Positions 1 to 10,300 of a stretch of DNA of 59,211 bases are shown here, piece by piece. Position numbers and translations under genes: made by a program. Each line of letters starts with the position of its first letter. Within the stretch, counting starts at the first letter, position 1. Origin of the DNA: an uncultured Planctomycetia bacterium (lineage in GTDB: Bacteria; Omnitrophota; Gorgyraeia; CAYVEO01); the NCBI GenBank assembly GCA_964449965.1, contig CAYVEO010000004.1, forward strand, positions 213 to 59,423, given 5' to 3'. Below the pieces are notes generated by a model. It was not told the origin of the DNA. It searched no databases and worked only from the letters and a program-made list of their open reading frames with translations.

Positions 1-1
1 C

Positions 2-394
2 GATCCCAATCTCATTAACTGGGTCAATGATAATAGTAGCACCATTCAGAGTCTTCAGGGTCAGATTACGGAAAACGATGGCGAGATCAATCTTCTTCAG
101 GGAGAAGTGGATGCACTATCTGCTGCTATTGCACTTGAGAGTGATCCGAATAAGATAGAGACGCTTGAGAGTCAGATGACAGCGGTGCAGAATGACATCA
201 GTAATTTGAGACAGGCAGATATCAACCTGCATGATGAGATCGTGAGGTTGACTTCGGCAAATAAGGCGCTGATTGATGCGAACACGGCTGCTATCGCTAA
301 GAACCTTGAATACATTCAGTACATTGAGACTGCTCTATCAGCACCCGGAGCCAGTGGAATATCAAGGTACCAGAGGATAACGACGACACCATAG
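2..394 (+). CDS. C-terminal part of a coiled-coil protein (5' end outside the window)
   Basis: Frame is open from base 2 (DPNLINWVNDNSSTIQSLQGQITENDGEINLLQGEV...) into the 107..394 ORF; heptad-like Q/L/I pattern. Confidence 0.7.
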   Translation, partial: DPNLINWVNDNSSTIQSLQGQITENDGEINLLQGEVDALSAAIALESDPNKIETLESQMTAVQNDISNLRQADINLHDEIVRLTSANKALIDANTAAIAKNLEYIQYIETALSAPGASGISRYQRITTTP

Positions 395-421
395 TAGAAT
401 AGATTAGAGGAGTAGGTTAAA

Positions 422-449
422 GAAAGGGGGGGCAATTGCTCCCCCTTTC
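422..449. terminator. GC-rich inverted repeat, possible terminator or RNA hairpin
   Basis: GAAAGGGGG-GGCAATTGCT-CCCCCTTTC directly after the stop at 394. Confidence 0.5.
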
Positions 450-478
450 CTGCACGGGACTTTCAGATAAAGGGAGAG

Positions 479-859
479 ATGATGAAGAGAAGTCTTTTGG
501 TGGTTGCCATAGCCATAGTATCCATTGCCGCCGTTTTACCGGCATGGACAGAGGAGGTGAAGAAAGAAGAGAAAAGGTTAGAGATAGAGGGAAGGGTGCA
601 GTCAGAAAAAGACATTCTGGTAGCCAATATAAATGCCCTGCGCAATCAGGAAACACGGGTCACAGTCCTTCAGCAACTCCTTAATGAGGAGACAGCCAAT
701 CTACGGCAGATGGAGGCAGTATTCTGCGACCGATATAATCTTGTCCCTGAGAAGTACCGGTCCGGGAAGTACCAATATAATGCTGACACTGGGGAGTTTA
801 GTGAAGTATCTGGAGATAATAGCGGAGGCCCCATGCAGGTAAAGCCGAAAAGTGAATAG
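479..859 (+). CDS. Secreted coiled-coil hypothetical protein
   Basis: Signal peptide MKRSLLVVAIAIVSIAAVLPA followed by a charged helical region; SD-like GGGAG. Confidence 0.75.
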   Translation: MMKRSLLVVAIAIVSIAAVLPAWTEEVKKEEKRLEIEGRVQSEKDILVANINALRNQETRVTVLQQLLNEETANLRQMEAVFCDRYNLVPEKYRSGKYQYNADTGEFSEVSGDNSGGPMQVKPKSE

Positions 860-1654
860 ATGTGTGGAAAAGAGATGCCCAGACAGACTTTGGTCAAGAT
901 GACTTACTTTTGGAGGTATGTCTCGCACCAACACAGACATGGGATGACGCTCATAGAACTTTTGGTCGTGATTGCTATCATAGGTATTCTGGCAGCGATG
1001 CTATTGCCTGCCTTAGAGACAGCCAGAGAGAAAGCCAGAGCTTCCAACTGTATCAGTAACCTAAAACAGATTGGTTTAGGTTTTATGATGTACGCTAATG
1101 ACAATGATGGTTGGGCTCCTAACTATTATTATGATGTCACAAATGACAGAAGTACTCGTATAGCGAGGAGTGCTCTTTGGAAGCAGGGGACTACCTATTA
1201 CGGAACGGGAGCCACACTTTTTCAAGGAGGGTATATTACATCTCCTAATGTTTTTTTGTGTCTCTCACGGAACAGGTATCCTCAGCCTCCAGTTACCTAT
1301 ATGTACTGTTTTGATATGCCTACGTATGGTACAGTAGGAATAAGTACTTTTTATTGGCTTAATTCTTCTTATCAATTCAATCTTTACCGTAATGAAGATA
1401 TGGATGAAGGTCCGGAACTCGCTACGGTTGATACCAATCCCCCAAGTTACAAAGTTGGGGATAATCCCGGAAGACCGATGGCGGCTGATTATTTTAGTGG
1501 GAATGCTGCTGGTTCTGTTTGGATTGTTCATGGAGGAGGTATAAACGTTCTTTATGAAGATGGAAGTGTAACGTTTTATCCTCCAGGTGCATGGACATAT
1601 TACGGAGGTCAGGGCTGGGAATCAGCAGCCACCTGGCGCAGTTTAACAAGATAA
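860..1654 (+). CDS. Prepilin-type N-terminal cleavage/methylation protein, DUF1559 / H-X9-DG family
   Basis: G|[30 protein letters not shown]...C.SNLKQIG and C-terminal [12 protein letters not shown]; true start may be a downstream ATG. Confidence 0.92.
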   Translation: MCGKEMPRQTLVKMTYFWRYVSHQHRHGMTLIELLVVIAIIGILAAMLLPALETAREKARASNCISNLKQIGLGFMMYANDNDGWAPNYYYDVTNDRSTRIARSALWKQGTTYYGTGATLFQGGYITSPNVFLCLSRNRYPQPPVTYMYCFDMPTYGTVGISTFYWLNSSYQFNLYRNEDMDEGPELATVDTNPPSYKVGDNPGRPMAADYFSGNAAGSVWIVHGGGINVLYEDGSVTFYPPGAWTYYGGQGWESAATWRSLTR

Positions 1655-1679
1655 ATTTTTCTATTGAAGGGGAAGTGTT

Positions 1680-2843
1680 ATGACGGGACAGAAGTTATTT
1701 TTTGGGTTAGCCTTATGTTTATTGGGTCTTTCCCATGTTTTTGCGGCAGGTGAGAATAGAGTTAGAGGAGTGGCAATTTTTTCAGAACCGGGATTCCCTT
1801 ACTCTGCTATGCCGGATACGGTAACTCCAGAATACATTCTGGATGCCTTGTTGAAAAGCGGGATAACTGCTTCTTTCATTTCTGCCAGGGAGTTATCTGA
1901 CCCGTTGGTGTTAAACACCCAAAGATATTCAGCACTGATAATGAGCTATGGAGAAACCTTCCCAGTTGCTAACAAGACACTTTCTAACATCGGAAAATTT
2001 GTTCGAGGGGGAGGGGGTATTGTCTGCCCGGCCGGCGTTCCTTTAAGTCACCCTGTTATATTTGAAAATAATCAATGGGTTGATACCGGATTTAATACCA
2101 AGGCTTCCCAAAAAGTTTTTAATGAAATTCTGGGGATTACGGGAATCTATCGGGAAACCAAGAAATTGACCAGAACAGTAGTAACGTCGCCTCGTTTTCT
2201 GCCTAACCTCCCATTAGAATGGAACTTTGGAGGCGAACTCGGTTTTTTTCCAAGAATTTGTAGTTTTGAGATAGAAAAAGGGAGAATGAAAGATAGTACT
2301 TTTCACGGGACTAAAATCCCTTTTTCCATAAACTCCAATATCCCTGTTACTCATACTATTGCCGAAGATGGCGAACCTGCTCTGGTGTCATTTTACTTTC
2401 TGGGACATTTTCCAAATAATGTCATTCTGGGTTTTGTGGGGGAAAACCATCCATGGAACCCTAAAACGTGGCAGTATGCGGAAAAAGCGATTGCAGATTT
2501 TACGAGGCTTGCCATTTCTGCCTACATCAACATTGAAGATGTACGCACGGATTTATTCTCCTATCACGACGGAGAGAAAATAGAGATTTCAGTTAATATC
2601 TTTGGCAACCAGGAAGTGCCCGGTAATCTAAAAATCTGGGTCATTGGCAGAGATAGCCACAAGATATATTTTTCCCATGAATCAATCGTTACCCAGCAAG
2701 CGTATACTCACCAGACGGTTACGGTCTCGTGGGAGCCGGAAACATTACCCGGCCAGATTTTTGATGTTATTGCCCGGGTGTCCCCGAATGATATTTCTCT
2801 CTACAGCCAGGATACGAGTATCTTCCCTTCCTGCCATGGCTGA
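1680..2843 (+). CDS. N-terminal part (signal peptide, GATase-like and Ig-like domains) of a probably frameshifted secreted glycoside hydrolase
   Basis: Signal peptide; ends abruptly (SIFPSCHG*) overlapping the next ORF in the +1 frame. Confidence 0.65.
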   Translation: MTGQKLFFGLALCLLGLSHVFAAGENRVRGVAIFSEPGFPYSAMPDTVTPEYILDALLKSGITASFISARELSDPLVLNTQRYSALIMSYGETFPVANKTLSNIGKFVRGGGGIVCPAGVPLSHPVIFENNQWVDTGFNTKASQKVFNEILGITGIYRETKKLTRTVVTSPRFLPNLPLEWNFGGELGFFPRICSFEIEKGRMKDSTFHGTKIPFSINSNIPVTHTIAEDGEPALVSFYFLGHFPNNVILGFVGENHPWNPKTWQYAEKAIADFTRLAISAYINIEDVRTDLFSYHDGEKIEISVNIFGNQEVPGNLKIWVIGRDSHKIYFSHESIVTQQAYTHQTVTVSWEPETLPGQIFDVIARVSPNDISLYSQDTSIFPSCHG

Positions 2844-5058
2844 CTCATCGGTAGACCTGAAGATGCGAAATGGTATCCCACACGTTGATGGTAAGCCCTC
2901 ATGGCTTAATGGGGTAGCAACATTTACTGGTGACTTGAGGGGTGTTGGGATTTTTTTTAGTTCTTTCAGACCTGGCGGGGAATCTTATTACCACCCACTA
3001 TACGATAATCTTGATATGCAGATAGGCATGCTTAAGGCGATGGGTGCTAATTTCATCCGGGAAGGATATTACGTTGGATCCATAGAACCAGTCACGTTCC
3101 AGAACGAAGATTCCCCGGCATTGAGGGGGTTGGATGCATTTATCATGCTCGGTACAAAAAATAGGATAATTATGGATATCGGACCTACTGTTGGTGGGCA
3201 GGGCACACCGTTTTGGGAAAACCTGAGAACTAAAGCCAGCCAAGGCCCCGCGGTCAAAGAGGCTCAGCAAAATAATAGTTATTATAACTACCTCTATCAA
3301 GATGAAGATCTGGTAAAGGCTGAAGACGAATTTATTTTCAAGTTTGCAAACCGGTACCGTGACTATAAAAATATTGCTTGGGAACTTCTTAACGAGAACC
3401 ATTCATATTATCCAGGTGACTTATTTCCACCGTTTAAGATACTTAAAGAGAAAGAAGTAGTTGACATGGCATGGCTTAAACGCCGGGTTGAATTAGTGAA
3501 GAAGGCAACCGGCAGGGAAGATGCCTTCACGTTTGTTCAGGACACGTCTGTGGTCGCTACCCCGGCCTGGGATGCTCAGAAGGTGGCAGATATCGTTAGC
3601 ATGCAATCAAAACACACTTATCGTCCTTTTGACGTCTGGACGGTATCGCAACTCCACGAAGGTTTTAACATAAACTTTGGATATCCTGCGAGCCTTGGTG
3701 AGTGGGCATACGGGTCGTCATCTTCGGCTTACGACCGGGTGTTATTTACGCTGATTGGCGAAAATGCAACTGGTCAGTTGCATTTTTATCTTTACGGAAA
3801 CACCTCGAACGGGACCTCGGTAGGTCGCCTTGACCTTACCGAAGGAGATGTCTTCAAGCCATTTCGACAATATCACGATGTTGCCTGGCACATAGATAAG
3901 TCGCTTTACGAGGAACCAGGCGTCGTATTATTACATGACCACGATTCGTATATAAAGGACCCGGAAAATCTATTGAAATCCGTTGAAACCTACCTGAACT
4001 TCCTTAAGCAGGGTGTATACACCCGAATCTATGATTTAGAGCGCCTAATGGACAAGGGGCATTGTCCTGTGAATGCGATCGTAGTGCCGAATTGGCTTTC
4101 TCTATCCAAGGAGAAATTGAAACTACTCCAGGATTTTGCCGTAGGTAATAAAGCCGTTGTCTACAGCGACATGCCGGGAAATACCTGGAATCTGCCTATA
4201 TTCAATGCCACTGAATATCGTGAGAAAAATTTGGGTGTTAGATTTATCAAGGGCGAGATGGACATTACCTATATTAGAGAACTTAAAAACGGAGGGAAGT
4301 TGCTGGTTTTGCTTAACCACAGCAAAACAGGCAAGTTTCAAGTTGGTTTAGGGGGTAAGAAATTTACTTTCCGCATTCCTACCGAGTGGAGCGGACTGTT
4401 GAAAGTTGGTCCCAAAGGAGAGATTCTACTTATACGTTCCTTTGGAAGGTTTGAAGTCAATGATCAAGTTCTTGTTGATGGACCGGCTATACTTCCCTAT
4501 ACAATTGCCAGTCTGGATGGTCAAGATATTTCCCAAAGTGGTGAGATTGACTTTTACTGTGAAGATCAAAGCAAAATTACGTTAAATAACAAATCTGCTG
4601 CTAAAATTGCAACCCTCAAGGAAATACGTATTTATCTTCTTGAAGATACGAAATACCAAGAGATAGGACAACGTCTCAAAGAAGGTTTAAATAAAAAGGG
4701 TGTAGATGCAAGTCTTCAAAAGGTTTCTGATATAAACATCATACCTACTGGAAACTCAATTATCCTCGGCCCGAATCTTGTTGTTCAAGTCAAGAGATTG
4801 TTAGATAAGAAATACTGGTTCCCGTCTTTGGAAGGTCCCGAAATGAAACCTTCTATTCATTTCGGCGAGGAAGGGAGCAATCGTCTTATTAGGATTGAGT
4901 CAGGTTTTATCCATTGGATAAAAGAGGGAGATAAGAATCTGGTCTTGATCACCGGCATTGATGAATCAGGCACTGCTCTTGCCGTGGAGAAGTTCTTGAG
5001 TTTGGAATACCTGGGTAGTTATTACACCTACCCATTCTTTCCAATCAGAAGGGAGTAG
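2836..5058 (+). CDS. Clan GH-A (GH5/GH42-like) glycoside hydrolase catalytic and C-terminal domains
   Basis: IAWELLNE acid/base-like motif, LGEW nucleophile-like motif, GANFIR; no signal peptide or SD of its own; ORF track opens at 2644. Confidence 0.7.
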   Translation: MADSSVDLKMRNGIPHVDGKPSWLNGVATFTGDLRGVGIFFSSFRPGGESYYHPLYDNLDMQIGMLKAMGANFIREGYYVGSIEPVTFQNEDSPALRGLDAFIMLGTKNRIIMDIGPTVGGQGTPFWENLRTKASQGPAVKEAQQNNSYYNYLYQDEDLVKAEDEFIFKFANRYRDYKNIAWELLNENHSYYPGDLFPPFKILKEKEVVDMAWLKRRVELVKKATGREDAFTFVQDTSVVATPAWDAQKVADIVSMQSKHTYRPFDVWTVSQLHEGFNINFGYPASLGEWAYGSSSSAYDRVLFTLIGENATGQLHFYLYGNTSNGTSVGRLDLTEGDVFKPFRQYHDVAWHIDKSLYEEPGVVLLHDHDSYIKDPENLLKSVETYLNFLKQGVYTRIYDLERLMDKGHCPVNAIVVPNWLSLSKEKLKLLQDFAVGNKAVVYSDMPGNTWNLPIFNATEYREKNLGVRFIKGEMDITYIRELKNGGKLLVLLNHSKTGKFQVGLGGKKFTFRIPTEWSGLLKVGPKGEILLIRSFGRFEVNDQVLVDGPAILPYTIASLDGQDISQSGEIDFYCEDQSKITLNNKSAAKIATLKEIRIYLLEDTKYQEIGQRLKEGLNKKGVDASLQKVSDINIIPTGNSIILGPNLVVQVKRLLDKKYWFPSLEGPEMKPSIHFGEEGSNRLIRIESGFIHWIKEGDKNLVLITGIDESGTALAVEKFLSLEYLGSYYTYPFFPIRRE

Positions 5059-5063
5059 AAATC

Positions 5064-5735
5064 GTGGGAAAAACAATGATTAATAATCGGAAAACACTCT
5101 TTGTGGGTTTATGTTTGGTCTTATTTTGCATTTATAACTCAAACGTTTTCCCCGAGACCAAAATGTTCCATCTCAACCAAAACGGTTATATCACGAATTG
5201 GCTTGTAATTGGGCCTTTCTCCGATACCGGGTCACAGGAGGGACGTTGGGAAGAAGATTACCTCAAAGCAGGAGGCGGAGAGAATAAAGCCTGTCCCAAA
5301 GGCGGAGATAAAGTTGGTCTGCTTAATCGCTGGGAACCATTGTTTGGGGCAGATGATAAGGTGGATTTACTTCCATTCTTTAAAGAAAATAATATTGTTT
5401 GTTATTTATTCACCTATGTAGTTAGTCCTAACGACAGGGAAGCAGTCCTTGCAATAGGCAGTGATGACGGTGCAAAGATGTGGCTTAACGGGAGTCTGAT
5501 TTATAATACAAGAATTGCACGCCCAGCAATTCCGGACCAGGAAAAGGTTCTCGTGGTTCTAAAAAAAGGGACTAACCATCTCCTGATTAAATTAGAGCAG
5601 TATCAAGGAGCGTATGCCATTTATCTGCGTTTTCTGGGCAGGCAAGACCAGAGCATCTTTTCTGACTTGCAGATAGAAATCCCAATTTTGGAAACAAAGG
5701 GAGAAAGTCCCAAAGAGCAGTTGGATGGTTTTTAA
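5064..5735 (+). CDS. Secreted beta-sandwich (PA14/galactose-binding-like) protein
   Basis: Signal peptide; NWLVIGPF...GSDDGAKMWLNG...LKKGTNHLLIKL pattern. Confidence 0.7.
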   Translation: MGKTMINNRKTLFVGLCLVLFCIYNSNVFPETKMFHLNQNGYITNWLVIGPFSDTGSQEGRWEEDYLKAGGGENKACPKGGDKVGLLNRWEPLFGADDKVDLLPFFKENNIVCYLFTYVVSPNDREAVLAIGSDDGAKMWLNGSLIYNTRIARPAIPDQEKVLVVLKKGTNHLLIKLEQYQGAYAIYLRFLGRQDQSIFSDLQIEIPILETKGESPKEQLDGF

Positions 5736-6390
5736 TATCAAATATCAAGTAGCAGCAATTTTCATAATAGTGAGTCTCTTATCTCCAGAACTGTTACATG
5801 CATCCGGTAACGATAAGAATACATTTATTCCCGTGAAAGGACCAACAACTGTTAAACAATGGCTGGTTGCCGGGCCTTTTGCTGGTATAGAAGATAAAGT
5901 TGATGAGCATCTTTGGGAAAAGGACTACCTTAAATCGATAGGAGGTGAGACAAAGGCACGACCAATGCCAGGCGACAGCATAACAGTGAATCTTTCCTGG
6001 GATTTACAAGAAAAAGAATGGATAGGGTTCCCGGTTAAAACAAATGAAGTAGGATACGTAGGGTTTTATTTGGCCAGTAACGACAGCAACAAAGCTCAAA
6101 TTCAAGTATTTAGTTACAATAGATTATCTATGTGGTCAAACGGTACAAATGGTTTTTCTCAGAGAGGTGTTTCGTTTCTTGACCCGACTTATCCTCCTGT
6201 GTGTCCAGATGGTCAAAAGATTACTGTCGGGGTCAATGAAGGGCTGAATTTTATCTTAATAAAATCGGTACCCATGCCTGGTAGTCAGGGTATCATGGTT
6301 ATTGTTAATCCGGTTGATAACCCTGATTTAACCTTATGCATCTTTAAGTATTCTGCTCAAAAGTCTACAGGAACGGAAGAAGAATTTTAA
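5725..6390 (+). CDS. Secreted beta-sandwich protein, diverged paralog of the previous gene
   Basis: QWLVAGPF, WEKDYLKSIGGE, MWSNG and GLNFILIK match the upstream ORF. Confidence 0.7.
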   Translation: MVFNIKYQVAAIFIIVSLLSPELLHASGNDKNTFIPVKGPTTVKQWLVAGPFAGIEDKVDEHLWEKDYLKSIGGETKARPMPGDSITVNLSWDLQEKEWIGFPVKTNEVGYVGFYLASNDSNKAQIQVFSYNRLSMWSNGTNGFSQRGVSFLDPTYPPVCPDGQKITVGVNEGLNFILIKSVPMPGSQGIMVIVNPVDNPDLTLCIFKYSAQKSTGTEEEF

Positions 6391-6405
6391 ACATTACGAG
6401 GAGGA

Positions 6406-7110
6406 ATGATGATGAAAAAAGTGATAGCGATGAGTTTTGGTTTGGTTTTAGGAATGAGTACACTACTCTTTGGTGCTCAAACTGAAAAAAGCCCTTTAAG
6501 TCCAGTGGAGAAAAAAGTAGGTGTTTATAGTACTTCACAATTCTATTTGTCTGGCTATCTGGATGTACTTAAAGAAATGGGAGTGGAAATTGTAAGCCTG
6601 AAGGTATCTGACCTTCAATCCCCGGAAATACTGGGGCAGTTTAAGGTTCTGTTCCTTAATTTTGTATATACTGATAAAGAATATTACTTTCCACAGGATA
6701 TTCAGGATAACATTGCCAAATACGTGAAATCAGGGGGACGTCTTTTTTCCGATTACAGGACGTTGCCTCCCATGGAAGTTGTTGGTTATACCGGTCATGG
6801 AGAGGGAAGTGTCAAGGAGATAGAGATTGTTGATACAAATAATTTCATTACTAACGATTTTAGCAAAGGGCAAAAGTTAAAATATGAAGCTTACGGTAGG
6901 GGTCTTCAGGCTTCTTCCTCTGCTGTTCAACTGGCAAATACCATTCTCTTGAACAAATACGGGGAGGGATATTGCATTTATTCCGGTGTCTTATTAAGTA
7001 TAGTCAAGGATGAAAATGCTTTTGAGCGCAAGAGACTTATCAGTAATATCTTTGCCTACCTTTTGGGTATGGAGAAACTCAAAATGGTAAGGGTGAAAGA
7101 AGATTTTTAA
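6406..7110 (+). CDS. Secreted class I GATase-like (ThuA / beta-galactosidase trimerisation-like) protein
   Basis: Signal peptide; FKVLFL...IAKYVKSGGRL; YGEGYCIY; SD GAGGAGG. Confidence 0.6.
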   Translation: MMMKKVIAMSFGLVLGMSTLLFGAQTEKSPLSPVEKKVGVYSTSQFYLSGYLDVLKEMGVEIVSLKVSDLQSPEILGQFKVLFLNFVYTDKEYYFPQDIQDNIAKYVKSGGRLFSDYRTLPPMEVVGYTGHGEGSVKEIEIVDTNNFITNDFSKGQKLKYEAYGRGLQASSSAVQLANTILLNKYGEGYCIYSGVLLSIVKDENAFERKRLISNIFAYLLGMEKLKMVRVKEDF

Positions 7111-7336
7111 AGGTATAGGAAAGTATAAAATATTTTGATGCCGAAAGGAGGTGGCGGATGTTATAACTTTCATATTTATAATTAGTTGTAAATGAAGCAA
7201 ATCTTTTGATGTAGTCCCAAAACATGAAGGGATAAAATTTTTGTAACATATGTATTTGCCCTATGTTATGTGTGAAAGGAGTGAGTAAAAATTGCAAAAA
7301 TTAACAAAGTTCTGAAAGTGAAAGGAGGGAAGTAAA

Positions 7337-10300
7337 GTGAGAAGAAAATACTTGTTAATTAATCTTGTTGTGTTAGGTTTAATTCTATTATGCAACTTCT
7401 GTGAAGCGCAAAATTTGATTCCTAATGGTGGTTTTGAACAAGGGCTTACGAATTGGGTAAACGTTAGTGGTGGTACGTCCATAGTGGATGAACCTGCAAG
7501 TGCAGGATTTGGCTCTGGATATATCAAAATAGACGGGAATCTTGGACAGGTTAGAACAAGTGGTTCAATTGGAGTGACTGGAGGCAATAGATATACAATT
7601 TCATTTGCAATCAAGGTTACGTCAAACCCTGGCACGAATTACCCTATCATTGCTTTTGAATTTTTTGATAATACCATGCAGACTATTTCAAATACTACGA
7701 TTCCAGGATTGACCTATTCTAGTCTCTGGCCCAATACTTGGTACAGTTCTGTCTTTCCGAGCCAGGCTGTAACAGACATGTGGAATATATGGCGGCAGGA
7801 ATTTCATCTGCCAACAGGGGTGGCTTACGCCAAAGTCAAACTTTATAATATGTCTTCCACTTCTTCTTCATTCTGGGATGAAGTACGACTTGAAGAAGGA
7901 GTCGTTTCTGTTGTGCCAAACAGCAGTTTTGAACAAAGTTTCTCAGGCAAGCCGCTTTTCTTTGAATTTAGCGGCACTGTCTCTATGCAGACAGGGGACA
8001 ATGGTTATGGCAGCAATCATGTGCGTGTAGGCGGTGGTGGTGTGCAGGCTTGGGTATATAGTAGAGGAACACTGTCAATACAGGGCGGTAGAGATTATTA
8101 TGTTAGTTTGTTAGTTCGTGAAGTGCCAGAAGAAATTGCGAATAACAATGCCTTTATTGGCTTTCGTTTCTTTGACAACCAAGGACAACAGATTCAGTCA
8201 GGTAATGTACCTGGCTTAACATGGTCAGACGGGTCATCCAGCTGGTACGAGTATATAGATAACCCCCAACCTACAACGGACTGGTCCTACTGGAGCCATC
8301 GTTTTACTGCTCCTGCAGCCGCAGATCGCTGTCAATTGGTTTTATATTCTTGGCGAAGCGCGGCTATTGAATTTGATGAAATAACTCTTGATAGTAATCC
8401 TTTGTCAATAATAGGTAACGGTAGTTTTGACCATTTACTTCAGAACGGAACCAGTATCGCCTTGTGGACCGGTGCCCCTTTCTATTATGTTGACCCTTAC
8501 GACAGCTCTGGACATAATGTTGTTAGCGGGGGTAATATTTCCCATTCATTTCCACTACAGCCTAACACTACCTATAATTTAAGCATCGTCTATAAAACAA
8601 TAACAGTTCCTCAGCCGACAAACACTATGAACGGTGCCCTTGTTGGCGTTCACTTATATGATGCCAATGGTGTTGAAATTACAGACGTGAGCAGCGGTAC
8701 TGATAAACCCCAGGGCATAACATGGAGTTCTGGTTTGCAAATGTGGTATTTCTATCTGCCGTCTGAATACCCAATAAATCAATGGAAGAGGTTGTCAAAT
8801 TTAATACGAACCGGTCCAACAACACGTCAAGCCAAGATTGAACTGCAACTATGGGTATCTGGATTTACTTATTATATCGATGCGGTAAAACTGATAGAAA
8901 GAAAATCCGAAGAATTTCTTAATGCCGAGAGTTTTGAAAATCCAGGTCCTGGTTTTGGAAAGGAATTCGGCTGGGAGAAGAAAAGCGGCTCATGGATACA
9001 ATCTGGCGACTCGCTGATTTTTCCAAATTCTGGAAATGGATATGGCGACCATTATGTTAGAATTCTTGGTCAGGGTGCTGCGGGTTATGGGGCAATTGGG
9101 ACAGCTGAGTCAATCCAACTTAATGAGAATACACCATATACCTTTCATGCTATGATGCGAACCGATAATGCAGGTACTGCAATACCAGCATTAATTGGCT
9201 TTGAATTTCTCGACTCTAATGATAACAGGATAATTAATAATAATGATATACCCACTGGTTTATCATATTCACCATACATCCCCCCCCTCTGGTACAGGTA
9301 TGTATATGCAGGCGAGATGGACAATACGTGGCGATTCGTTACCTTCCATTTTGTTACACCCAGAAAAACGAAGTCTGCGAATATATACATATATAAATGG
9401 TCCAGTGCCCATCAATACATAGATGTAGATAAAGTATCAATTACACCGGGAATTGACGCTGAACTTATAGACAACCTTGGTTTCGAGACAAAAAAGCAGG
9501 GGATACCGCTCAGTTGGACTGGTGCGTATACTGTTTCTGACCTGATATATGACGGTCGGACAAGCATAGAGATATCAGGTGGGAATTATGCAGTAGGCTC
9601 AAGAGCCCCTGTAACAGGAGGCGGCTATTACACAGTTCAGTTCATGGTACGAGAGAGAACCGATTATAACAGTAGTGCCAGCGCCTTATTCACTATAGAT
9701 GTATTTGATGCTACAGGCAATCTACTTGGGTCATCGTGCTCTGTGAAAAATCTAACCTGGTCTACTTACCTTGGGGGACGGTGGTACTCCTATTTGGACT
9801 CTACCCCGGTATTCCAGTCATATCAGCCGACCACTAATTGGACAGAGTATAAGAGGGTCATAGGGTTGCCAAACGAGGCCAGGTTTGTTGGGATTAGATT
9901 GTATAACCAAAATAATGTTACTTCCACGATATTTGATGATGTGCAATTGCGTGAACTTGATTATCGTACACAACAGCAAGCCCGATTAGCCAACACAGTA
10001 CTCTGGTATGGAGCTGGGGCTTGGCCGAACAATACGTACTTTAATCCAGATCGGGATGTTGTTAAAGCATTCTATCCCTATGTGGGACATTCACTACCCG
10101 TATACCCACAGTGGAGTTTTGACGAGTGGATGTATGAGTCCGTAACGTTTTTAAATGCCGTTACCCACCCTCAGTCTTCTACTGGCTGGCAAGCATTTTT
10201 CAATGAATTGTTCGTTGAAGCTGCTACGAGTGAAATTTCTTGGTTTGATGCCCTAAACCAGGCCGTTGTCAATGTGGGTGGTGGTCTAAACGATACTACT

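Noticed and set aside
7244-7268. TAACATA-N11-TATGTTA inverted repeat upstream of the CBM-repeat gene
   Set aside because: Short and AT-rich, with no second copy or regulator to support an operator call
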